Shown here piece by piece: positions 47,912-59,900 of a stretch of DNA of 64,000 bases. Source of the stretch: Eledone cirrhosa (Eukaryota). How positions within the stretch are numbered: the first letter of the stretch is position 1; every line of letters begins with the position of its first letter. The notes under the pieces are model-generated. The model worked only from the letters and a program-made list of their open reading frames with translations, was not told where the DNA came from and did no database searches. Both the position numbers and the translations under genes were made by a program. Where the stretch lies: the NCBI GenBank assembly GCA_964016885.1, contig OZ024744.1:53940001-54004000 (forward strand). Reading direction: 5' to 3'.

Positions 47912-50022
47912 TTACCGTACTTTTCGTAGAGGAGGGATGGTTTTTACATCCCTTTTCACTTGATCGTCTGTTGAAGGGACGGTTGAACCGTCCCTTCGGC
48001 TGGTCGTCGACTCTTCTATGAGTATGTCCGAATATACTCTTCGATTGAGAGTCCCTCCTAGGTCTCTGAAATCACCACTGCGTTGGGGAATTTCGTTTTA
48101 ATGTTTGTGTATTGTTTCTGTGCTATTTTTAGCAGTCATATGTTAGTTGGCGTTTTGATTGGTGCTGGTATTATGTAGTCGTGTTGTGAAATGTCTGTGT
48201 GTTCAATTATGTAAGTCATTAGTTTCTTGTTGTGTGTATTTATTGCCGTGCATTTGTTTTTCTGGGGGTGGGGTGTGGTTCTGCTATTTTCTTGTCGTTG
48301 TTGCTGGGTGTGTGAGTTTTGTTGTTGTGTTTGCGATGTTGGTGCTTGTGGTGGTGGTGTTGAAGGTGCTGTTGTTGTTGGCGGTGGGGTTGTCGCCGGT
48401 GGTGATGGTGGTGCTAGTGTGGGTGGTGATGGTGTTGGTGGTGTTGCTGCTGTTAGTCTATTCGCTGTAGCCTTTACCCTTTTTTCATTTCTTTCCTCAC
48501 TTTTCGAAGGCGACGATGCGCTGCTTCTGTGTTTGTGCTTTCTTACGACCTTTTGCCATCTCTCTCCCACCTCACACTCCATATCTGATTCTGTGAGGTC
48601 GGTGAGGGGTACCAGCTCCACTCTTTCACTTGTTGTTGTTGGTGATGTTTGCACTGGAGTCTCTGTTGCAGCTGCATTTGGTATTGCTGTTGTTGTTGTT
48701 AATACTTCCACTGCTGCTGCTGTTTTTGATTTCCGTGGCGTGGGTATGGGTGCCACGGACCTATCGTTCCTGGTTGCCGCTTGTCCTGTTGCTGGTAGCC
48801 GTGGAGCCGGTTTCGGAAGGAGGGGGGTTTTCTCCTTTCTCAGGGTCTTCTCGTTGCAGAAGGCCCTGAGGTGGGTCTTCGATCCACAGCGAAAGCATTT
48901 CGGGCGTTTGCCCTCAACACTTATGGGCAGTTGAGTGCCGTTATCAAAGTCTATCACATCCGGGATAGCTTCGATGCACTCCTGGTTGGTTTGGATTAAC
49001 ATCTCAATGGAGGTGCCGACCCAATCTTCTCTTACTTTTTTCTGTACTTGCAGTACAGTTGTTTTGTCCTCGATTCCGACGAGGACAGACGCGGCCAGCC
49101 AAGAAGGGGCCATCCCGGGGGGGGGGGGACATGGGTCAGTTTGACCCTCACAATTTTTGCCCGCAGTAGGAGTGCACCAACACCATTTCCTCGCTCCTTA
49201 GGGTCACTAAGGATTGAGCCTTTGCCTCCTGGGGTTTGGCATAAAGTACGTCTACGGTGGCATATTTCTTGCCTCGGGTGATGTGCGTTTTCCGCTGCCA
49301 CACAGACCCCAAAGCTTTTTGTATTTGAGCCTCTGTAGCTCTTTCAACCCTACGGGATTTTGTACTTACTGTACGGTACGTGACCGTACAGTGCTGTTGG
49401 GTTTCGAAAAAATTTTCCGCTGCCTTGCAGATTGCTCGGTGTCCGGTTTTGTCACCATCTTCTTCGCTTCCTCTAATTCCTCATTTGTTATGTGGATGGT
49501 TTCCAGGTTCTTCGCGATACCTGCAAACGAGATTGGTTTTTCTTTGCTGCTGTTGTTGTTGTTGTCGTCAGAGCTGCTGTTACTTTTGTTGTTGCTGCAG
49601 GTACTACGACTACTGCCGCCGCCGCTGTTGCTGTGGTTGTTGTTGTTGTTGCTGCTGCTAATGCTGTTGTTGTTTATGCTGCTGCTGATGCTGTTGCGGC
49701 TGCTACTGTTGTTTTCATTGTCACTGTTGCTGTTCTTATTACGGCTGCTACTGCTATTATTCCTGACGTCAGACGAATGAAATGGGTTTTCGTATTTCCC
49801 GCACACCTGTTTCGTCGTTGTCGTCGTCGTCGTGGAGAAATCTTGCACGCTTTGCACGAGATTTTTCTTTTCTGTCGTCGCTTGCGATAGAGAAGGGAGG
49901 GAGAGAGACACATTTAGAGAAGGGGGGGAGAGAGACAATCTTCTCTCTGCTGTAGTGACGATTGAGGAAGGAGAAGATGGAATGAGTGGGAGTGACCTAT
50001 GAAAATTCTTTTTCGTAGCCAT
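47912..50022 (-). pseudogene. E7 ORF1 with CCHC knuckle
   Basis: CFRCGSKTHLRAFC in ORF 48136-49113; N-terminal ORF 49366-50022. Confidence 0.78.
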
Positions 50023-50275
50023 GTTGTTTTTTTATTTAAAATAAATATTGGGCACAAAACCCCAATAGGCAGTTATTTAACCCCGAAGGGCCAAATAACG
50101 GGCAGAAAGACCCCTCTCACGGGGAGGAGGCTGTTTTGTCTACAAGTTGGTTAAAGTATTAAACAATTTACAATTGTTATAGCGGTCAACATTTACAATA
50201 CCTTACAGAGCCGAGCCTCCGTAAACCATGGCATTCAATAATAATAACAATAATAATAATAATAATAATAATAAT

Positions 50276-50345
50276 TGTTTCTACTTTTGGCACAATGCCA
50301 GCAATTACCTAATGCATTACTGGTATTTTATTCTATCGACCCCGG
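50276..50345 (-). mobile_element. 5'-truncated SINE in the (AAT)n spacer between E7 and E8
   Basis: Matches the 3' ~70 bp of the SINE at 27697-27872. Confidence 0.82.
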
Positions 50346-50597
50346 AATAATAAGAATACTTTCTTTATTAACTACAAGGGTTTACATAAAGTAGACATTA
50401 AGGACAATAAAGGACGGTACAAATGGGCATTTCTGCGTGTAAAAAACAAAAACAGTAACAACAATTATCAATAAAAAATGAAAAGTTTCCCAATACGTGG
50501 GAGACTTCCGAGGACCATCGTGGAGAAAGCCCATTAAAAAGCCACGGTGACCCTAACCATCAGGGCAATTGTCCTCTCCCAGTTTTCCACCTTCAAT

Positions 50598-53500
50598 TTA
50601 CAGGCATATACTCAGAGTATGTCCACTCACTCGGCCCATTCTTGACTCTCTCACCCATCTTTCAAGAAAAAGCTGGGAAGAGAGCACTTCCCTCTCTACC
50701 CTAATTTTCCTTTTCAAATGAAATTGGAATAATTTAATCAGGGCATCACCGAAAAGGTAAGTGCTCGTCTTCAGCCCTTTCAGACGTGTTCACCATACTA
50801 TCTCTTTCGCCATGTCCACCAGACAGATAAAAACTGCCTGCCCTTCCCGGCTAAAGGAAGCGGGCGCGGAAGTCCTCACGACGGACTCAGCTGATAGTCG
50901 GATCCGTTCCACACACGACAGCAGGTGTTCGACAAAAAACCACAAGTCAGCAATGCTCGGACACTGGACGAGTACGTGCAGGACGGTTTCATCGCCCTGC
51001 GCGCATCTCGGACATGCCTGGTTGACGGCACCTCCATGCCTGTAGAGTGTATCCCGAACTGGCAAAGCTCCTCGGTAGCACTCCCAGGCCAGGGATTTCT
51101 GGAAGTTGTCCATAGGCCCCGGCCCGAAAGTGCTTCCAAAGAGATTGGCTAGTTGAGTTTCGATACACCTAGAGTTTCCCCAAGTACGTCGTCGCTCTTC
51201 CCCTCCACTAATCCTCTATAGAAAGCCAAGGTGGAGTTTCCACCCATCACATTGCCTGATTGGTCGAGGGCTGTGAGCGCCTGAAGACATTCCAGTCTCC
51301 AAGCGCTCCCTCTCGGTCTTCGCTTGACCCAGGACTGCAGCTCCGTCAACGAGATGAGCTGGGTAAAGACGCGTCTAGCAAACGGCGACCACACCTGATC
51401 ACCGTCGAGGATATGTGATGATATCGTAGCCTGAGAGGGTACTGCGCATCATTAGTCATGGCATGTCCAGCCCTCCAAATAGCGGGTGTTGACAGCAGAT
51501 GGACCGCCTGACCATTGGAGCGCGTCCCTTCCACAAAAAGCGAAAGAGCAAACGCTCCAGTGCAATCAGGCGAGGCTTAGGACAAGACACGACGGTCAGG
51601 CGGTAGTAGATGACGGACGCGATGTACGCGTTAGCTACCTCTGCTCCACCTTTCAGGGATAGCTTCCTCTCCGCCCATTTCTGGGTGAGAGAAGCCACCC
51701 TGCTCGTCACCTCGTCCCAGTTTTTGTCCGTCTGAAGGTCCGGACCGGACCAGACCCCTAACAATTTAACCGGTCCGTCCATCCAGCGCCCGACGACGCT
51801 GTTGGACGGCATGGACCTGCCTCTCTAGGTGCCGTGCTGAAGGCACACCAACTTTTCCTGGTTGATCATTGCTCCTGTCACCGCTTCGTATTCTCTTAGT
51901 GTAGTGCCGATCGCCTCGATGTGTTTGGCGTTCGACACCACTACGGTGATATCGTCCGCATATGCTGACACGGATCTTCCGCATCCTAGTTCGCGCGGGA
52001 CTCCCCTCAACGTCTCCAGTTTGTGCAGTAACGGCTCGAGAGTCAATACGTGCAAGAGGGACGAGAGGGGACATCCTTGGCGGACCGAGCGCATGATGTT
52101 GAACGGTTCCGACAGGTGACACAGAGGAGATGTCGCTGTGGACGGCAGGAATCCAGCTTCTGAAGACAGGCCCAAAGCCAGCCTCCCTCAGGACTGCCGC
52201 TAGGTAACGATGGTCGACCCTATCGAAAGCTTTCGACTGATCTAAATTGATCAAGGATCCACTCGTGCCAGGTTCCCTAGCTACCCTCTCTACGATGTAT
52301 CGCATGAGGTGGAAGTTGTCGTGGATGGATCTGTCGGGAATGGCGGATGTCTGCGCCGCTCCCGCCATACCACCAACGACAAGCGCCAATCTCTTTGCTA
52401 GCACCTTGGCCAAAATCTTGAACTCTGTGTTTAATAGAGTTATGGGCCTGAAATTATCTATGTTATCCCCCTTGTTCGGATCCTTTCTCAGCAGCGCCAC
52501 AGCTCCTCGGCTCACAGAGCTGGGAATTCTCCCGTTCTGTTGCCAGTTGCAGTAGACGTCCGCCAAGAGGCCTTCGAACAAGTCTGGCATCTGTACGTAA
52601 AATTCATAGGGCAGACCATCCAAACCAGGCGATTTACCCCTTGTGCAGCCAGTCATTTCCCCCCGTACTTCAGCGGCTGTTATCGGCTTTCCGCAACACT
52701 CAGCCTCAGTGGCTGAGAGCCGCGGCAGTCCGTCGAGGTAGACACTAAAGTCCATCCCTCGATCCGGCCCGCCGCTGCCCCCGAACAGCTGTCGAAGTGT
52801 CGCGGAAAGGCTTCGCACATTTTCCCGGGATCGAGTAGCATGCGCCCGTCGTGGTCCACCAAAGACCGGATCGTGGCTTTGTTGCCACGACGCGCCTCCG
52901 CCACTCGGGCCCATTGAACGGCTTTCGTCCCTCGCGTCTGAGAGCACGCACCCTAGCTATGACAACGCAGCTTTCGTGCTTTGCATTGAAGAATTGGTCA
53001 AGGGCCAATACGTCGGTCGCGATGCCTTTGCTAAGAGCCTCGTCTAATTTTCTAACTAATTCTCCCTCTGCTCTATTTTTCTCTATTGCTAAAGCCTTAC
53101 TAAACCTAATGGACTCTATCCTAATTGCTCTTCTCAGAGCAAACCACCACTTGTTGTTGACGATGGCCCCCGTCAATGCCCGCTTAACTAGTTCGCTAAT
53201 CCGGTCTCTGTAGTCCTTACGCGCTAGTAAGGAGGCGTTTAGCTTCCAGTAGCCGGGTCCTCGTCTATGAAGCCTATCTAAATCAAGCACACAGATCACG
53301 AATTCGTGGTCTGTGTAGCTGACTATCTTGAATTATGGACAGCCTATGCTAGACCTATCTATTTCCCTACAAAATACTCTATCTAGATATGATCTGGATG
53401 ACCCTATGTGATTTGTCCAAGTCCACATTGGCACATTCGGGAAATCCAATCAGTACCTCTCAGACACTTCAAAACACCTGAGCAGGTTGGTGAGGCTCTT

Positions 53501-53723
53501 GCACCCTCCTCCCCTATCCCCTAATTCCACACAGTCCCAGCGTGCATCTAAGATCCCGTTCCAACCGCAAACTAACAATAAAGAGCGGGACGTTCCAAGA
53601 AAGGTCTCCAGACGCCGGAAGAAATCAGGCCGCCCTGCTCCTGTCGGGTAATAAACGGCTACTAGCCTGAAGCTTGCCCGTCTCCGCTGGTCACGTCGAG
53701 CATCACCAACTTAGTGAGGTCAT
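50598..53723 (-). pseudogene. E8 ORF2, degenerate
   Basis: LDQSKAFDRVDH, VRQGCPLS, YADD, CPRC..ETVLH..VQC. Confidence 0.87.
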
Positions 53724-53757
53724 GTTGAAATGGAGTGGAAAAGATGGGAAAGACCAC

Positions 53758-55665
53758 TTACCTTACTTCTCGTAGAGGAAGGATGGTTTGTCCATCCTTT
53801 TCACTGCTTGTGGCCTCCTCCGGAAGGATGTCCTTATAAATCCTCCTGGAGAGTGCTTGTCGGAAGTCTCCGATATCTTTGGGGAATTTTTGTTTTAGTG
53901 TCGTGTACGTTTTCTGTGTGATGTGAGTGATTTGTATGTGTGGAGGTGGTGTGAACTTTTGAGTTGTTGTGTAGTCTTTTTCAGTGATGCTGGTGTTGTG
54001 TATGATGTAGTGTAACAATTGGTTGTTGTTCAAATTTAATGCTCTGTAGTGTGAATCGTTTCGGTCGTTTTGTTTTGTTTGCGTTTGTTGTGGGTTTGTT
54101 TCTGTTTCGCTTTTTGGTGACTTTTGTGGTGTTGGTGATGGTGGTGTTGGGGTTAATGATGGTGATGGGGTTGGTAATGCTGGTGTGGATGGTGGCATAT
54201 CTCTCCTAACTTTTTTGTTTGATAGTTTATTTGTTTCCCTCTGTATTTTGTTTTTGGAGGGAGAAGGAAGAAAATTTTGTCTTTTTTGGTTCTTTTTTTC
54301 TTTTTTCCTGATACCGTTTCCCACTCCTCGTCGTCACAATCTGTCTCCAGTTGTGATAGGCCGGGGAGTGAAAATCCTCCACAGGCGTTAGTTTTGGTTG
54401 TGGCGTGGTGGATGGTATAGGCGCTGGTGCTAGTTCTGGCGCGTTGGGTGCTGGTGGTGTTGGTTTTGCTACTGTTGCTGGGTTTGTTGCTGCTACAATT
54501 GTTGCTGCCATCTCTGCTGCTGGAGGTGTTGATGGTTGAGTCACTGGGATGGGTAAGATAGGTGGCCTCATCCTCTTAGCCTGAGGGCAGAAAGCCCTTA
54601 GGTGGGTTCCTTCACCACAAACGACACACCTAGGCCTTCTGCTTTCGACGATTACGGTGAAGTGCCTGCCGTCAGTGAGGTCTATTGCCTCTGGGATCTC
54701 CTCAATGCTTTTATGGTCCGCTTGGATCATGAGCTCCATCCCAGATCCGGACCAGTTCTCCTGCTTTTCTGTCGCTATTTCGATTATCTTGGTGTTGGCC
54801 TCGATGCCGGCGAGAACGGCAGCTATTCGCCAGGGAATTTCGATGGCCGGTGGAACGTGGGTCTCCCTGATCTTTACGAGTCTTTGGCCACAATAGCTTG
54901 GGACGAGTGTGAAGTCGTCACTTCTTAATGGGGCCATGGAGTGTTCTCTAGCGTCCTGTGGTGTTTCAAAGAACACATCGGTTCCATATTTCTGCCTACG
55001 TCTGGTGTGGTTTTTTTTTTGCCCACACATGTCCCAAATCCTTTTAGATTTGTGACTCGGATGCCCGTTCCACTCGGCGCGATTTTATGTTAATTGTTCT
55101 ATAAGACACGGTGCATAGGCGCCGGTGCTCCATTTTATTAGGTGGGGGGGGGGCTGAACCTGTACCCATCTTTCTTTACTATTTTTTTTGGCTTCTAATT
55201 CCTCCTGAGTTACCTGAAATGCTTCGCGCTGTTTTGCTACTCTGGCAAAACTCAGGGTGGATTTATTAATTTCATTGTTGTTGTTATCGTTATTTTTGTT
55301 ATTGTTAATTTTAGTTTCAGTTGTGGTGCTGGCGTCAGTGGTGTTCGGTGTGGAAGAGTTCATTTTGGTTGAATTCACTTCGATAACACGAGTTAATTTA
55401 TTTTTTCTTTTGTTTCTGTTGTCGCGGTGGTGGTGGCGGTGGTGGTTGTCGCGGTGGTGGTGGTAGTGGTGGTGGCGGCTTTAACACATGCAGTCATTGG
55501 TAATGGCGGGAAATGAATGTCTGCCTGAGACAAATTTAAAATATTGCTACTGCTTATATTTTTAGTGTTAGCAAACTAACACCTCACACCCACACCACCA
55601 TTTACAATAGTGGTGTAGTTGTGAGGTGTTAGTTTGTGAGGAAGTAGTGACTCTGAGTCATCCAT
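53758..55665 (-). pseudogene. E8 ORF1, frameshifted
   Basis: CVVCGEGTHLRAFC; ends LPLREVR* as in E1. Confidence 0.78.
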
Positions 55666-55878
55666 GATTTTTTAAAGAAAAATTCTTGTTTGATATTTAT
55701 AAAAGTTTAAATTTTGGGCTCAAGGCCCCAATCTATTTGTGTGTCCTTTTCAGATAACAATGTATGTGCACTTATATATAGTTAACAATAAAAAATTTCC
55801 ATAAATGGCAATTTTAAACAACTGAAAATAACAAACATTTGCGGAGCTCACGATGATACGCTTTACTACGTAGGTCGA

Positions 55879-55879
<1 letters not shown>

Positions 55880-55926
<47 letters not shown>
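55880..55926. repeat. (AAT)n microsatellite ending the minus-strand array
   Basis: Directly visible. Confidence 0.98.
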
Positions 55927-55964
55927 GGGAAGAAGACGCACGAGGTGACGGAAGGTCATGAAAT

Positions 55965-56470
55965 CGCTCCCGTAAGTTTTGAATTTTTAACATATTTAAA
56001 TCATTTGTGAAATAACAACTCTTAGTACAAATGCTACGTAAAGCATCCGGCTTGAGCCCCAAAAGATTCGGACCCAAAATATATTGTTATAAGGCTCAAA
56101 TATTCAAATATTCAACTTTGTATTGTACATTGTATATTCAAAAAAGAAAATGGCTATAAATGGAAGAAGAACCCCCCCCCCCCTCCTCTGTCTACGCTAT
56201 ATAGAACAGCCAAACAACACCAGAAACTAGATACAACACCTACCCCATCACCTCTCTGTGTACACTAAACACAACAGCCAGATAACGGCAATTTCACCAC
56301 CACCACTCACTACTGCCATCATTACCACCACTATCCCATCACCGCCGCCACCACTCCTTCATTGCTACCACCGCTACAACACCATCACTATAGTAATACG
56401 ATCACGTCACCACCACCACTGCCTCGGTATCGACATCACCACCACCACTGTCTCAGTATCGATACCGCCG
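55965..56470 (+). repeat. Repeat X copy 1, probable 5' UTR and ORF1 start of a further Tx1-like family
   Basis: Near-identical to 60894-61740. A-run followed by ATG GCT, poly-Pro and Thr-rich coding, like the E5 and E6 5' ends. Confidence 0.55.
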
Positions 56471-56765
56471 CTACTGTCTCCCACATCTCCTCGCCGCCAC
56501 CACTCCTTCAATGCTACCACCACTATTCCCCTGTTAACTTGAGAGAGAAAGGGGATGGTGGCGGTATCACTAGACAAGGGAAGGGCTAGCAAAAGATATA
56601 AATAGATTGACTTAGTGACCTGGCCAAGGCCAAACGACAATATCAACATATATGGGACTGCTGGCTCACCCCTTCCTCACCAACAATATAAAAAGCCCCG
56701 GCACCACCACCGACATAGCCAACAACAATAACAGCCAACTACAACAAAAAGTATATTATATTATT

Positions 56766-56818
56766 GTAATGCACTGGGTGATTGCTGGCCTTGTGCCTGG
56801 AGTGGAGACAATTATTAA
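56766..56818 (+). mobile_element. Short 3' SINE fragment
   Basis: TAATGCACTGGGTGATTGCTGGCCTTGTGCC..AGACAATTATT matches the SINE tail. Confidence 0.65.
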
Positions 56819-56900
56819 TAATTTCATTCTTAAGCCACGCAATGCTCACATTAAGGAACCACTCATGATAATAACAATTTAAAAGAAAAAAAAAAAAAAA

Positions 56901-59900
56901 ACCCCGTGACCAAGAAATACCGGGATGGCGGCCGGCGGGGAATAGCCGTGTCTCTAGGGGAGAACGTCTTGGTTGACACTCGTTCTAGAAGTGGTAACAC
57001 GAAATGATTACCCCTTGGCGGATAAGGATAAAACGCGACAAAATAAAGTAAATGTCTAATGATAAAATCTCATACCGGATCGGCCATCATCCGGGTAAAA
57101 AAGGGCCGCGTCGCTCAGAGAGGAACCAGACTGGGGTCGAAAAATCAGCTAATGGTTCAAACCTTCCCATCACTTCGGAGCTGGAGACCTCCCATAACCG
57201 GAATACTCCTACTGTTGGCCCTCCATGCTCACCACCAAGAAATCCAAAGAAAAAGAGAGAAAAATTGTCAAGGGAAGATAATAAAGAAGTCCTTGAGGCT
57301 TTCTACACTGCCATGTACTACCCATCAAATACATCGAATACAGAACAGACATATATCAACTGGAAAAAGAAACATCCCGAAAACAGAGGCTATATTGACA
57401 GTAACAAACTAGCCAATATACGAAGAAATATTGTAAGAAAAAAGTTACTAACTGATATAGAAATTGATCAGATAAAGCTATTAGCACAAAGTCAGCGAAG
57501 GGAAAATGAAACATGTGTCAGTGAAAACGAGGTAAACTGTAACACTTCGAATCCCAGGGTTGGGGCGGAATCACTGGCAACAGAACAAATTAAAGAAAGG
57601 ATCGAAAAAGTGGAGGGAGTGCATGCTCAGGATGAAACTCCAAATGAAAATAATGAGATCGTAAATGATAAGGAAATGAATGAGAATGAACTTGCCAACT
57701 TGAAGGATGAAATTATGATCGAATGGATGAAAATGAAAGAATCTGACATGGGGCAACGAGACACCCTCCCTAAGATCCAGAACTCCAAACAGAACCAAAA
57801 GATAATACACAAGACTAACATAATTCTCAAAAACATTATCATCACAAACAAACTAAACATTACTGATTTAAATCATCTCTATTATGCATCGGCTAAAGTC
57901 ACCACTCACTTATGTGGAGTGAAGATGAAAAAACAAAGGAATTCCCACAAGAAATCTACTTGGCAAGAGAACATCAATCGCCAAATAAACCTTCTCCGAT
58001 CTGACATAGAAATTTTAACAAACTATAAAGTAGGTGAACATGTTAAATAAACTAAACTTAGAAAATTGAAAAAAAAGTACAGTATAAAATCAACATGTGA
58101 CATAGACATGCTGATAGAAATAATCAAGCAAAAAGTGTCGGCCAAAGCTGCTCGTATAAGGCGCTTTGAAAAACGATCTAGATTCTATAAGGACAATAAT
58201 ATGTTCAAAAACAACCAAAGAAACTTCTACAGAAAAATTGGTAAGTCAACAATAACTGCTAAATCAATACCTCCCAAGGAGGAAGTGCAAGAATTCTGGG
58301 AAAAGATCTGGGCCGAAGAAAAAGTTCATAACATACATGCCCCATGGATAGACAGACAAATGAAAGATACAGCTCACCTTGAGGAACAAATATGGGAAAA
58401 TATAACAGTTGAACAGTTGCGCTTGACTCTAAGAAAAACCATCAAATGGAAATCCCCAGGAAAAGACAAAATACAAAACTTTTGGATAAATGCCTTCACA
58501 GAGTCTCATGAGCTGTTAGCCCAACTTTACAATGAAGTAGTTAAGGAGCCAGAAATGATACCTTCATGGCTAGTTAACGGCATTACATTCCTGCTTCCGA
58601 AGAATGATGAGACAAACAATCCCAAAAATTACAGACCGATAACTTGCTTGACCACAATGTATAAAATTTTAACATCAGTCCTAACTGAATACACATATGA
58701 CCACCTGATAACAAATGACCTATTTCCCATTGAGCAGAAAGGGTGTAAACGAGGCTCATATGGCTGTAAGGATCAGCTTCTGGTTAATAAAATGATACTG
58801 GAAGATTGTCATAATAGAAACAAAAATCTATCGATTGCTTGGATAGATTATAAAAATGCATTTGATAGTTTGCCACACAGTTGGATTGAAAAATGTTTAG
58901 AGATTTTCAAAGTATCCCCCGTTGTCAGGAGGTTTTTGTCATTCAGTATGAAGACATGGAAAACGACACTCCTTTTGAATAGTGAAACAAAATCACTGGA
59001 AGCTGGAGAAGTTAATATTAATTGTGGAATTTTTCAGGGTGACTCTTTATCACCGCTTTTATTCTGCATCGCACTTATACCATTAAGTAAAATGCTCAAT
59101 GAAACAAAACATGGATATAGAGTCTATGACAAAACCATTAATCACCTGTTCTACATGGATGATCTGAAACTATTTGCAAAAAATGATGAACAATTGCAAG
59201 GGCTATTATCCACTGTGAAGCAGTTCAGTGATGACATTAAAATGGAGTTTTGACTAGATGAATGCGCCAAAGCAACGTTCACCAGAGGAAAGCTGCTGAA
59301 GAGTTCAGACATTAATCTTGATCGGGGGAACGTGATAAGAGAACTTGATCAAGAAAAAACTTACAAATATCTAGGTGTTTGTGAAGGAGACGGAATCAAG
59401 CACTCGACAATGAGGGAAAGGATAAGGAAGGAATGTTACCGCAGAGTAAGAGCAATCTTAAGAACGGAATTGAATGCAAGGAATAGGATCGATGCCATAA
59501 ACACGCTTGCCATACCAGTAGTAAGCTACAGTTACAATGTCATCAACTGGTCAAGCACAGAGATCCGTAGGCTCGATACAAAAATTCGAAAATTCTTAAC
59601 CATGCACAGAATGCATCACCCTAAGGCAGATATAGATAGAATATAGCTCCCTAGGAAAGAAGGAGGACGTGGGTTAATCCAGTTAGACATTGCGTTGAAA
59701 ACTGCAACAATTGGATTATCTACATATCTAAGGGAATCACATGATTGGATGATCAAACTCGTTTTGAAACACGAAAGCATCAAAAGATCATATTCCATTA
59801 CAAAAGATGCACAAAGATACAGTAATGGACTACAAATTTCAGAAGTCCTATTTACTGCTGAAATGGAAAACACAGAAAAAGCAAAGCAGGTAAAAGTAAC

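Larger units (their letters stand above)
44285..50236 (-). mobile_element. Tx1-like copy E7: chimera of family A ORF2/3' UTR with a distinct B-related ORF1 and 5' UTR
   Basis: ORF2 near-identical to E1 and E8; ORF1 is different. Junction at 47958/47959. Confidence 0.87.
50358..55879 (-). mobile_element. Tx1-like copy E8, family A, both ends present, ~245-bp deletion in the APE N-terminus
   Basis: Collinear with E1; ends at (AAT)n 55880-55926. Confidence 0.88.

Noticed and set aside
1606-55466. Recurrent plus-strand ORFs repeated across the array
   Set aside because: Antisense shadows of conserved ORF1/ORF2 sequence with no independent motifs.
1257-55926. CRISPR-like or satellite higher-order repeat
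   Set aside because: Units are 4-6 kb retroelements of different families separated by simple repeats.
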